NCBI GenBank assembly: GCA_964016885.1
Contig: OZ024758.1
Location: forward strand, 34,038,001-34,102,000
Origin: Eledone cirrhosa
Taxonomy: Eukaryota
Length of the DNA stretch: 64,000 bases
Direction of reading: 5' to 3'
Shown here: positions 53,643 through 64,000 of the stretch, piece after piece
Layout: each line of letters starts with the position of its first letter
Numbering within the stretch: position 1 is the stretch's first letter
Notes under the pieces: model-generated
Databases searched by the model: none
The model's input: only the letters and a program-made list of their open reading frames with translations
Told to the model about the DNA's origin: nothing
Translations under genes and position numbers: made by a program

Positions 53643-56460
53643 CCAATGTTGGTGAGAATTCATTTAAGTTCATGGTATTAGCTGTCAGAAGTCACTCCAA
53701 TGTTGGTGAGAATTCATTTAAGTTCGTGGTATTAGCTGTCAGAAGTAACTCTACTGTTGGTGAGAATTCATTTAAGTTCATGGTATTAGCTGTCAGAAGT
53801 AACTCCACTGTTGGTGAGAATTCATTTAAGTTCATGGTATTAGCTGTCAGAAGTAACTCCACTGTTGGTGAGAATTCATTTAAGTTCATGGTATTAGCTG
53901 TCAGAAGGAACTCCAATGTTGGTGAGAATTCATTTAAGTCATGGTACTAGCTGTCAGAAGTAACTCCACTGTTGGTGAGAATTCATTTAAGTTCATGGTA
54001 TTAGCTGTCAGAAGGAACGCCACTGTTGGTGAGAATTCATTTAAGTTCATGGTATTAGCTGTCAGAAGTAACTCCACTGTTGGTGAGAACTCATTTAAGT
54101 TCATGGTACTAGCTGTCAGAAGTAACTCCACTGTTGGTGAGAATTCATTTAAGTTCATGGTATTAGCTGTCAGAAGTAACTCCACTGTTGGTGAGAATTC
54201 ATTTAAGTCATGGTATTAGTTGTCAGAAGTAACTCCAATGTTGGTGAGAATTCATTTAAGTTCATGGTACTAGCTGTCAGAAGTAACTCCACTGTTGGTG
54301 AGAATTCATTTAAGTTCATGGTATTAGCTGTCAGAAGGAACTCCACTGTTGGTGAGAATTCATTTAAGTCATGGTATTAGCTGTCAGAAGTAACTCCATT
54401 GTTGGTGAGAATTCATTTAAGTCATGGTACTAGCTGTCAGAAGTAACTCCAATGTTGGTGAGAATTCATTTAAGTTCATGGTATTAGCTGTCAGAAGTCA
54501 CTCCAATGTTGGTGAGAATTTATTTAAGTTCGTGGTATTAGCTGTCAGAAGTAACTCCACTGTTGGTGAGAATTCATTTAAGTTAATGGTATTAGCTGTC
54601 AGAAGTAACTCCACTGTTGGTGAGAATTCATTTAAGTTCATGGTATTAGCTGTCAGAAGTAACTCCACTGTTGGTGAGAATTCATTTAAGTTCATGGTAT
54701 TAGCTGTCAGAAGGAACTCCAATGTTGGTGAGAATTCATTTAAGTCATGGTACAAGCTGTCAGAAGTAACTCCACTGTTGGTGAGAATTCATTTAAGTTC
54801 ATGGTACTAGCTGTCAGAAGTAACTCCAATGTTGGTGAGAATTCATTTAAGTTCATGGTACTAGCTGTCAGAAGTAACTCCACTGTTGGTGAGAATTCAT
54901 TTAAGTTCATGGTATTAGCTGTCAGAAGTCACTCCACTGTTGGTGAGAATTCATTTAAGTTCATGGTATTAGCTGTCAGAAGTGACTCCACTGTTGGTGA
55001 GAATTCATTTAAGTTCATGGTACTAGCTGTCAGAAGTAACCCCAATGTTGGTGAGAATTCATTTAAGTTCATGGTATTAGCTGTCAGAAGTCACTCCAAT
55101 GTTGGTGAGAATTCATTTAAGTTCGTGGTATTAGCTGTCAGAAGTAACTCTACTGTTGGTGAGAATTCATTTAAGTTCATGGTATTAGCTGTCAGAAGTA
55201 ACTCCACTGTTGGTGAGAATTCATTTAAGTTCATGGTATTAGCTGTCAGAAGTAACTCCACTGTTGGTGAGAATTCATTTAAGTTCATGGTATTAGCTGT
55301 CAGAAGGAACTCCAATGTTGGTGAGAATTCATTTAAGTCATGGTACTAGCTGTCAGAAGGAACTCCAATGTTGGTGAGAATTCATTTAAGTCATGGTACA
55401 AGCTGTCAGAAGTAACTCCACTGTTGGTGAGAATTCATTTAAGTTCATGGTACTAGCTGTCAGAAGTAACTCCAATGTTGGTGAGAATTCATTTAAGTTC
55501 ATGGTACTAGCTGTCAGAAGTAACTCCACTGTTGGTAAGAATTCATTTAAGTTCATGGTATTAGCTGTCAGAAGTCACTCCACTGTTGGTGAGAATTCAT
55601 TTAAGTTCATGGTATTAGCTGTCAGAAGTCACTCCACTGTTGGTGAGAATTCATTTAAGTTCATGGTACTAGCTGTCAGAAGTAACCCCAATGTTGGTGA
55701 GAATTCATTTAAGTTCATGGTATTAGCTGTCAGAAGTCACTCCAATGTTGGTGAGAATTCATTTAAGTTCGTGGTATTAGCTGTCAGAAGTAACTCTACT
55801 GTTGGTGAGAATTCATTTAAGTTCATGGTATTAGCTGTCAGAAGTAACTCCACTGTTGGTGAGAATTCATTTAAGTTCATGGTATTAGCTGTCAGAAGTA
55901 ACTCCACTGTTGGTGAGAATTCATTTAAGTTCATGGTATTAGCTGTCAGAAGGAACTCCAATGTTGGTGAGAATTCATTTAAGTCATGGTACTAGCTGTC
56001 AGAAGTAACTCCACTGTTGGTGAGAATTCATTTAAGTTCATGGTATTAGCTGTCAGAAGGAACGCCACTGTTGGTGAGAATTCATTTAAGTTCATGGTAT
56101 TAGCTGTCAGAAGTAACTCCACTGTTGGTGAGAACTCATTTAAGTTCATGGTACTAGCTGTCAGAAGTAACTCCACTGTTGGTGAGAATTCATTTAAGTT
56201 CATGGTATTAGCTGTCAGAAGTAACTCCACTGTTGGTGAGAATTCATTTAAGTCATGGTATTAGTTGTCAGAAGTAACTCCAATGTTGGTGAGAATTCAT
56301 TTAAGTTCATGGTACTAGCTGTCAGAAGTAACTCCACTGTTGGTGATAATTCATTTAAGTTCATGGTATTAGCTGTCAGAAGGAACTCCACTGTTGGTGA
56401 GAATTCATTTAAGTCATGGTATTAGCTGTCAGAAGTAACTCCATTGTTGGTGAGAATTCA
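53090..56460 (+). repeat. Cluster of local duplications (offsets 1,399, 646 and 2,045 bp); boundaries approximate
   Basis: The GTACAAGC marker occurs at 53355, 54754 and 55400. ORFs 53348/54747/55393 and 53934/55979 are near-identical. GAGAACTC is shared at ~54090/56135. Confidence 0.8.
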
Positions 56461-57399
56461 TTTAAGTCATGGTACTAGCTGTCAGAAGTAACTCCAATGT
56501 TGGTGAGAATTCATTTAAGTTCATGGTATTAGCTGTCAGAAGTAACTCCACTGTTGGTGAGAATTCATTTAAGTTCATGGTATTAGCTGTCAGAAGTAAC
56601 TCCACTGTTGGTGAGAATTCATTTAAGTTCATGGTACTAGCTGTCAGAAGTAACTCCACTGTTGGTGAGAATTCATTTAAGTTCATGGTATTAGCTGTCA
56701 GAAGTAACTCCAATGTTGGTGAGAGTTCATTTAAGTTCATGGTATTAGCTGTCAGAAGTAACTCCACTGTTGGTGAGAATTCATTTAAGTTCATGGTATT
56801 AGCTGTCAGAAGTAACTCCACTGTTGGTGAGAATTCATTTAAGTTCATGGTACTAGCTGTCAGAAGTAACTCCACTGTTGGTGAGAATTCATTTAAGTTC
56901 ATGGTATTAGTTTGTCAGAAGTAACTCCACTGTTGGTGAGAATTCATTTAAGTCATGGTATTAGTTGTCAGAAGTAACTCCAATGTTGGTGAGAATTCAT
57001 TTAAGTTCATGGTATTAGCTGTCAGAAGTAACTCCAATGTTGGTGAGAGTTCATTTAAGTTCATGGTATTAGCTGTCAGAAGTAACTCCACTGTTGGTGA
57101 GAATTCATTTAAGTTCATGGTATTAGCTGTCAGAAGTAACTCCACTGTTGGTGAGAATTCATTTAAGTTCATGGTACTAGCTGTCAGAAGTAACTCCACT
57201 GTTGGTAAGAATTCATTTTAGTTCATGGTATTAGTTGTCAGAAGTAACTCCACTGTTGGTGAGAATTCATTTAAGTCATGGTATTAGTTGTCAGAAGTAA
57301 CTCCAATGTTGGTGAAAAATCATTTAAGTTCATGGTACTAGCTGTCAGACGTAACTCCACTGTTGGTGAGAATTCATTTAAGTTCATGGTATTAGCTGT

Positions 57400-60300
57400 C
57401 AGAAGTAACTCCACTGTTGGTGAGAATTCATTTAAGTCATGGTATTAGCTGTCAGAAGTAACTCCATTGTTGGTGAGAATTCATTTAAGTCATGGTACTA
57501 GCTGTCAGAAGTAACTCCAATGTTGGTGAGAATTCATTTAAGTTCATGGTATTAGCTGTCAGAAGTAACTCCACTGTTGGTGAGAATTCATTTAAGTTCA
57601 TGGTACTAGCTGTCAGAAGTAACTCCACTGTTGGTGAGAATTCATTTAAGTTCATGGTATTAGTTTGTCAGAAGTAACTCCACTGTTGGTGAGAATTCAT
57701 TTAAGTCATGGTATTAGTTGTCAGAAGTAACTCCAATGTTGGTGAGAATTCATTTAAGTCATGGTACTAGCTGTCAGAAGTAACTCCAATGTTGGTGAGA
57801 ATTCATTTAAGTTCATGGTATTAGCTGTCAGAAGTAACTCCACTGTTGGTGAGAATTCATTTAAGTTCATGGTATTAGCTGTCAGAAGTAACTCCACTGT
57901 TGGTGAGAATTCATTTAAGTTCATGGTACTAGCTGTCAGAAGTAACTCCACTGTTGGTGAGAATTCATTTAAGTTCATGGTATTAGCTGTCAGAAGTAAC
58001 TCCAATGTTGGTGAGAATTCATTTAAGTTCATGGTATTAGCTGTCAGAAGTAACTCCACTGTTGGTGAGAATTCATTTAAGTTCATGGTATTAGCTGTCA
58101 GAAGTAACTCCAATGTTGGTGAGAATTCATTTAAGTCATGGTACTAGCTGTCAGAAGTAACTCCAATGTTGGTGAGAATTCATTTAAGTTCATGGTATTA
58201 GCTGTCAGAAGTAACTCCACTGTTGGTGAGAATTCATTTAAGTTCATGGTATTAGCTGTCAGAAGTAACTCCACTGTTGGTGAGAATTCATTTAAGTTCA
58301 TGGTATTAGCTGTCAGAAGTAACTCCACTGTTGGTGAGAATTCATTTAAGTTCATGGTATTAGCTGTCAGAAGGAACTCCAATGTTGGTGAGAATTCATT
58401 TAAGTCATGGTACTAGCTGTCAGAAGTAACTCCACTGTTGGTGAGAATTCATTTAAGTTCATGGTATTAGCTGTCAGAAGGAACGCCACTGTTGGTGAGA
58501 ATTCATTTAAGTTCATGGTATTAGCTGTCAGAAGTAACTCCACTGTTGGTGAGAATTCATTTAAGTTCATGGTACTAGCTGTCAGAAGTAACTCCACTGT
58601 TGGTGAGAATTCATTTAAGTTCATGGTATTAGCTGTCAGAAGTAACTCCACTGTTGGTGAGAATTCATTTAAGTTCAAGGTACTAGCTGTCAGAAGTAAC
58701 TCCACTGTTGGTGAGAATTCATTTAAGTTCATGGTACTAGCTGTCAGAAGTAACTCCACTGTTGGTGAGAATTCATTTAAGTTCATGGTACTAGCTGTCA
58801 GAAGTAACTCCAATGTTGGTGAGAATTCATTTAAGTTCATGGTATTAGCTGTCAGAAGTAACTCCACTGTTGGTGAGAATTCATTTAAGTTCATGGTACT
58901 AGCTGTCAGAAGTAACTCCACTGTTGGTGAGAATTCATTTAAGTTCATGGTATTAGCTGTCAGAAGTCACTCCAATGTTGGTGAGAATTCATTTAAGTTC
59001 GTGGTATTAGCTGTCAGAAGTAACTCCACTGTTGGTGAGAATTCATTTAAGTTCATGGTATTAGTTGTCAGAAGTAACTCCAATGTTGGTGAGAATTCAT
59101 TTAAGTTCATGGTACTAGCTGTCAGAAGTAACTCCACTGTTGGTGAGAATTCATTTAAGTTCATGGTATTAGCTGGCAGAAGTAACTCCACTGTTGGTGA
59201 GAATTCATTTAAGTCATGGTATTAGCTGTCAGAAGTAACTCCATTGTTGGTGAGAATTCATTTAAGTCATGGTACTAGCTGTCAGAAGTAACTCCAATGT
59301 TGGTGAGAATTCATTTAAGTTCATGGTATTAGCTGTCAGAAGTAACTCCACTGTTGGTGAGAATTCATTTAAGTTCATGGTACTAGCTGTCAGAAGTAAC
59401 TCCACTGTTGGTGAGAATTCATTTAAGTTCATGGTATTAGTTTGTCAGAAGTAACTCCACTGTTGGTGAGAATTCATTTAAGTCATGGTATTAGTTGTCA
59501 GAAGTAACTCCAATGTTGGTGAGAATTCATTTAAGTCATGGTACTAGCTGTCAGAAGTAACTCCAATGTTGGTGAGAATTCATTTAAGTTCATGGTATTA
59601 GCTGTCAGAAGTAACTCCACTGTTGGTGAGAATTCATTTAAGTTCATGGTATTAGCTGTCAGAAGTAACTCCACTGTTGGTGAGAATTCATTTAAGTTCA
59701 TGGTACTAGCTGTCAGAAGTAACTCCACTGTTGGTGAGAATTCATTTAAGTTCATGGTATTAGCTGTCAGAAGTAACTCCAATGTTGGTGAGAATTCATT
59801 TAAGTTCATGGTATTAGCTGTCAGAAGTAACTCCACTGTTGGTGAGAATTCATTTAAGTTCATGGTATTAGCTGTCAGAAGTAACTCCAATGTTGGTGAG
59901 AATTCATTTAAGTCATGGTACTAGCTGTCAGAAGTAACTCCAATGTTGGTGAGAATTCATTTAAGTTCATGGTATTAGCTGTCAGAAGTAACTCCACTGT
60001 TGGTGAGAATTCATTTAAGTTCATGGTATTAGCTGTCAGAAGTAACTCCACTGTTGGTGAGAATTCATTTAAGTTCATGGTATTAGCTGTCAGAAGTAAC
60101 TCCACTGTTGGTGAGAATTCATTTAAGTTCATGGTATTAGCTGTCAGAAGGAACTCCAATGTTGGTGAGAATTCATTTAAGTCATGGTACTAGCTGTCAG
60201 AAGTAACTCCACTGTTGGTGAGAATTCATTTAAGTTCATGGTATTAGCTGTCAGAAGGAACGCCACTGTTGGTGAGAATTCATTTAAGTTCATGGTATTA

Positions 60301-60496
60301 GCTGTCAGAAGTAACTCCACTGTTGGTGAGAATTCATTTAAGTTCATGGTACTAGCTGTCAGAAGTAACTCCACTGTTGGTGAGAATTCATTTAAGTTCA
60401 TGGTATTAGCTGTCAGAAGTAACTCCACTGTTGGTGAGAATTCATTTAAGTTCAAGGTACTAGCTGTCAGAAGTAACTCCACTGTTGGTGAGAATT
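57400..60496 (+). repeat. Higher-order duplication, offset 1,777 bp (33 monomers), about 1.3 kb of matching sequence
   Basis: ORF pairs 57492/59269, 57754/59531, 58131/59908 and 58400/60177. TTCAAGG is shared at ~58678/60455. Confidence 0.85.
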
Positions 60497-61779
60497 AATT
60501 TAAGTTCATGGTATTAGCTGTCAGAAGTAACTCCACTGTTGGTGAGAATTCATTTAAGTTCATGGTATTAGCTGTCAGAAGTAACTCCACTGTTGGTGAG
60601 AATTCATTTAAGTTCATGGTATTAGCTGTCAGAAGTAACTCCACTGTTGGTGAGAATTCATTTAAGTTCATGGTACTAGCTGTCAGAAGTAACTCCACTG
60701 TTGGTGAGAAGTCATTTAAGTTCATGGTATTAGTTTGTCAGAAGTAACTCCACTGTTGGTGAGAATTCATTTAAGTCATGGTATTAGTTGTCAGAAGTAA
60801 CTCCAATGTTGGTGAGAATTCATTTAAGTCATGGTACTAGCTGTCAGAAGTAACTCCAATGTTGGTGAGAATTCATTTAAGTTCATGGTATTAGCTGTCA
60901 GAAGTAACTCCACTGTTGGTGAGAATTCATTTAAGTTCATGGTATTAGCTGTCAGAAGTAACTCCACTGTTGGTGAGAATTCATTTAAGTTCATGGTATT
61001 AGCTGTCAGAAGTAACTCCACTGTTGGTGAGAATTCATTTAAGTTCATGGTATTAGCTGTCAGAAGGAACTCCAATGTTGGTGAGAATTCATTTAAGTCA
61101 TGGTACTAGCTGTCAGAAGTAACTCCACTGTTGGTGAGAATTCATTTAAGTTCATGGTACTAGCTGTCAGAAGTAACTCCAATGTTGGTGAGAATTCATT
61201 TAAGTTCATGTTATTAGCTGTCAGAAGGAACTCCACTGTTGGTGAGAATTCATTTAAGTTCATGGTATTAGCTGTCAGAAGTAACTCCACTGTTGGTGAG
61301 AATTCATTTAAGTCATGGTACTAGCTGTCAGAAGTAACTCCAATGTTGGTGAGAATTCATTTAAGTTCATGGTATTAGCTGTCAGAAGTAACTCCACTGT
61401 TGGTGAGAATTCATTTAAGTTCATGGTATTAGCTGTCAGAAGTAACTCCACTGTTGGTGAGAATTCATTTAAGTTCATGGTATTAGCTGTCAGAAGGAAC
61501 TCCAATGTTGGTGAGAATTCATTTAAGTCATGGTACTAGCTGTCAGAAGTAACTCCACTGTTGGTGAGAATTCATTTAAGTTCATGGTATTAGCTGTCAG
61601 AAGGAACGCCACTGTTGGTGAGAATTCATTTAAGTTCATGGTATTAGCTGTCAGAAGTAACTCCACTGTTGGTGAGAATTCATTTAAGTTCATGGTACTA
61701 GCTGTCAGAAGTAACTCCACTGTTGGTGAGAATTCATTTAAGTTCATGGTATTAGCTGTCAGAAGTAACTCTACTGTTG

Positions 61780-63895
61780 GTGAGAATTCATTTAAGTTCA
61801 TGGTACTAGCTGTCAGAAGTAACTCCACTGTTGGTGAGAATTCATTTAAGTTCATGGTACTAGCTGTCAGAAGTAACTCCACTGTTGGTGAGAATTCATT
61901 TAAGTTCATGGTACTAGCTGTCAGAAGTAACTCCAATGTTGGTGAGAATTCATTTAAGTTCATGGTATTAGCTGTCAGAAGTAACTCCACTGTTGGTGAG
62001 AATTCATTTAAGTTCATGGTACTAGCTGTCAGAAGTAACTCCACTGTTGGTGAGAATTCATTTAAGTTCAATTTATTAGCTGTCAGAAGTCACTCCAATG
62101 TTGGTGAGAATTCATTTAAGTTCGTGGTATTAGCTGTCAGAAGTAACTCCACTGTTGGTGAGAATTCATTTAAGTTCATGGTATTAGCTGTCAGAAGTAA
62201 CTCCACTGTTGGTGAGAATTCATTTAAGTTCATGGTATTAGCTGTCAGAAGTAACTCCACTGTTGGTGAGAATTCATTTAAGTTCATGGTATTAGCTGTC
62301 AGAAGGAACTCCAATGTTGGTGAGAATTCATTTAAGTCATGGTACTAGCTGTCAGAAGTAACTCCACTGTTGGTGAGAATTCATTTAAGTTCATGGTACT
62401 AGCTGTCAGAAGTAACTCCAATGTTGGTGAGAATTCATTTAAGTTCATGGTATTAGCTGTCAGAAGGAACTCCACTGTTGGTGAGAATTCATTTAAGTTC
62501 ATGGTATTAGCTGTCAGAAGTAAGTCCACTGTTGGTGAGAATTCATTTAAGTTCATGGTACTAGTTGTCAGAAGTAACTCCACTGTTGGTAAGAATTCAT
62601 TTTAGTTCATGGTATTAGTTGTCAGAAGTAACTCCACTGTTGGTGAGAATTCATTTAAGTCTTGGTATTAGTTGTCAGAAGTAACTCCAATGTTGGTGAG
62701 AATTCATTTAAGTTCATGGTACTAGCTGTCAGAAGTAACTCCACTGTTGGTGAGAATTCATTTAAGTTCATGGTATTAGCTGTCAGAAGTAACTCCACTG
62801 TTGGTGAGAATTCATTTAAGTCATGGTATTAGCTGTCAGAAGTAACTCCATTGTTGGTGAGAATTCATTTAAGTCATGGTACTAGCTGTCAGAAGTAACT
62901 CCAATGTTGATGAGAATTCATTTAAGTTCATGGTATTAGCTGTCAGAAGTAACTCCACTGTTGGTGAGAATTCATTTAAGTTCATGGTATTAGCTGTCAG
63001 AAGTAACTCCACTGTTGGTGAGAATTCATTTAAGTTCATGGTACTAGCTGTCAGAAGTAACTCCACTGTTGGTGAGAATTCATTTAAGTTCATGGTACTA
63101 GCTGTCAGAAGTAACTCCACTGTTGGTGAGAATTCATTTAAGTTCATGGTACTAGCTGTCAGAAGTAACTCCAATGTTGGTGAGAATTCATTTAAGTTCA
63201 TGGTATTAGCTGTCAGAAGTAACTCCACTGTTGGTGAGAATTCATTTAAGTTCATGGTACTAGCTGTCAGAAGTAACTCCACTGTTGGTGAGAATTCATT
63301 TAAGTTCATGGTATTAGCTGTCAGAAGTCACTCCAATGTTGGTGAGAATTCATTTAAGTTCGTGGTATTAGCTGTCAGAAGTAACTCCACTGTTGGTGAG
63401 AATTCATTTAAGTTCATGGTATTAGCTGTCAGAAGTAACTCCACTGTTGGTGAGAATTCATTTAAGTTCATGGTATTAGCTGTCAGAAGTAACTCCACTG
63501 TTGGTGAGAATTCATTTAAGTTCATGGTATTAGCTGTCAGAAGGAACTCCAATGTTGGTGAGAATTCATTTAAGTCATGGTACTAGCTGTCAGAAGTAAC
63601 TCCACTGTTGGTGAGAATTCATTTAAGTTCATGGTACTAGCTGTCAGAAGTAACTCCAATGTTGGTGAGAATTCATTTAAGTTCATGGTATTAGCTGTCA
63701 GAAGGAACTCCACTGTTGGTGAGAATTCATTTAAGTTCATGGTATTAGCTGTCAGAAGTAAGTCCACTGTTGGTGAGAATTCATTTAAGTTCATGGTACT
63801 AGTTGTCAGAAGTAACTCCACTGTTGGTAAGAATTCATTTTAGTTCATGGTATTAGTTGTCAGAAGTAACTCCACTGTTGGTGAGAATTCATTTA
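61780..63895 (+). repeat. Higher-order duplication, offset 1,238 bp (23 monomers); boundaries approximate
   Basis: ORF pairs 62090/63328, 62332/63570 and 62339/63577. GTAAGTCC is shared at ~62524/63762. Confidence 0.85.
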
Positions 63896-64000
63896 AGTTC
63901 ATGGTATTAGTTTGTCAGAAGTAACTCCACTGTTGGTGAGAATTCATTTAAGTCAAAGTATTAGTTGTCAGAAGTAACTCCAATGTTGGTGAGAATTCAT

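Larger units (their letters stand above)
1..64000 (+). repeat. Tandem satellite DNA array, 54-bp monomer (53- and 55-bp indel variants), about 1,190 copies, single orientation, running off both window ends
   Basis: Positions 1-54 read TTCATGGTATTAGCTGTCAGAAGTAACTCCACTGTTGGTGAGAATTCATTTAAG, and this unit recurs continuously to 64,000. Monomers usually differ from consensus at 0-4 positions. Common variants are T10C, C14T, A25C, C32A and loss of one T in AAGTTC. No unique sequence was seen. Copy number is estimated as 64,000 divided by about 53.8. Confidence 0.99.

Noticed and set aside
1399-60711. Apparent gene conversion between the two internal half-repeats (variants making positions 16-31 resemble 38-53 and vice versa, e.g. 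1399, 7508, 12045, 16866, 27582, 60497, 60711)
   Set aside because: By my manual count about 8 of 20 alleles seen at the mismatched positions match the partner base. About one third is expected by chance, so there is no real enrichment.
4-63843. All ORFs in the six-frame track as protein-coding genes
   Set aside because: They are translations of the 54-bp monomer, present on both strands at once, and they start and stop at 1-bp indels or point stops. There are no unique termini or recognisable domains.
1-64000. CRISPR array or other repeat-spacer or cassette system
   Set aside because: There are no unique spacers, since every base of the unit is repeated. No leader, cas, recombinase or reverse transcriptase gene is present.
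1-64000. Information-bearing binary code in the T/C, C/A and indel pattern, or a synthetic concatemer suggested by the EcoRI and SpeI sites
   Set aside because: The pattern is explained by nested duplication of variant monomers with accumulating private mutations. No vector, linker or design signature is visible.
1-64000. Mobile element insertions or strand inversions within the array
   Set aside because: None seen. The monomer phase is continuous and on the same strand throughout.

Overview
The whole 64 kb window is one uninterrupted, head-to-tail, single-orientation satellite DNA array. The 54-bp consensus monomer is TTCATGGTAYTAGCTGTCAGAAGTAACTCCACTGTTGGTGAGAATTCATTTAAG: about 37% GC, no CpG, one EcoRI site, and roughly 1,190 copies. 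I see no genes, RNA genes, transposon insertions, inversions or CRISPR spacers. The many ORFs arise because the monomer is 18 codons long with one stop-free frame on each strand, and they are broken repeatedly by 1-bp indels. The real information lies in the order of monomer variants. Shared rare variants reveal nested, in-register duplications with offsets of about 0.65, 0.9, 1.1, 1.2, 1.4, 1.8, 2.3, 2.8-3.0 and 3.2 kb. There is also a near-perfect 12,168-bp tandem duplication (about 29,307-41,474 and 41,475-53,642) whose junction maps to 3 bp. The array is most likely eukaryotic heterochromatic or centromeric satellite, which is an inference. I do not recognise the family, and I find no support for a novel gene-based system here.
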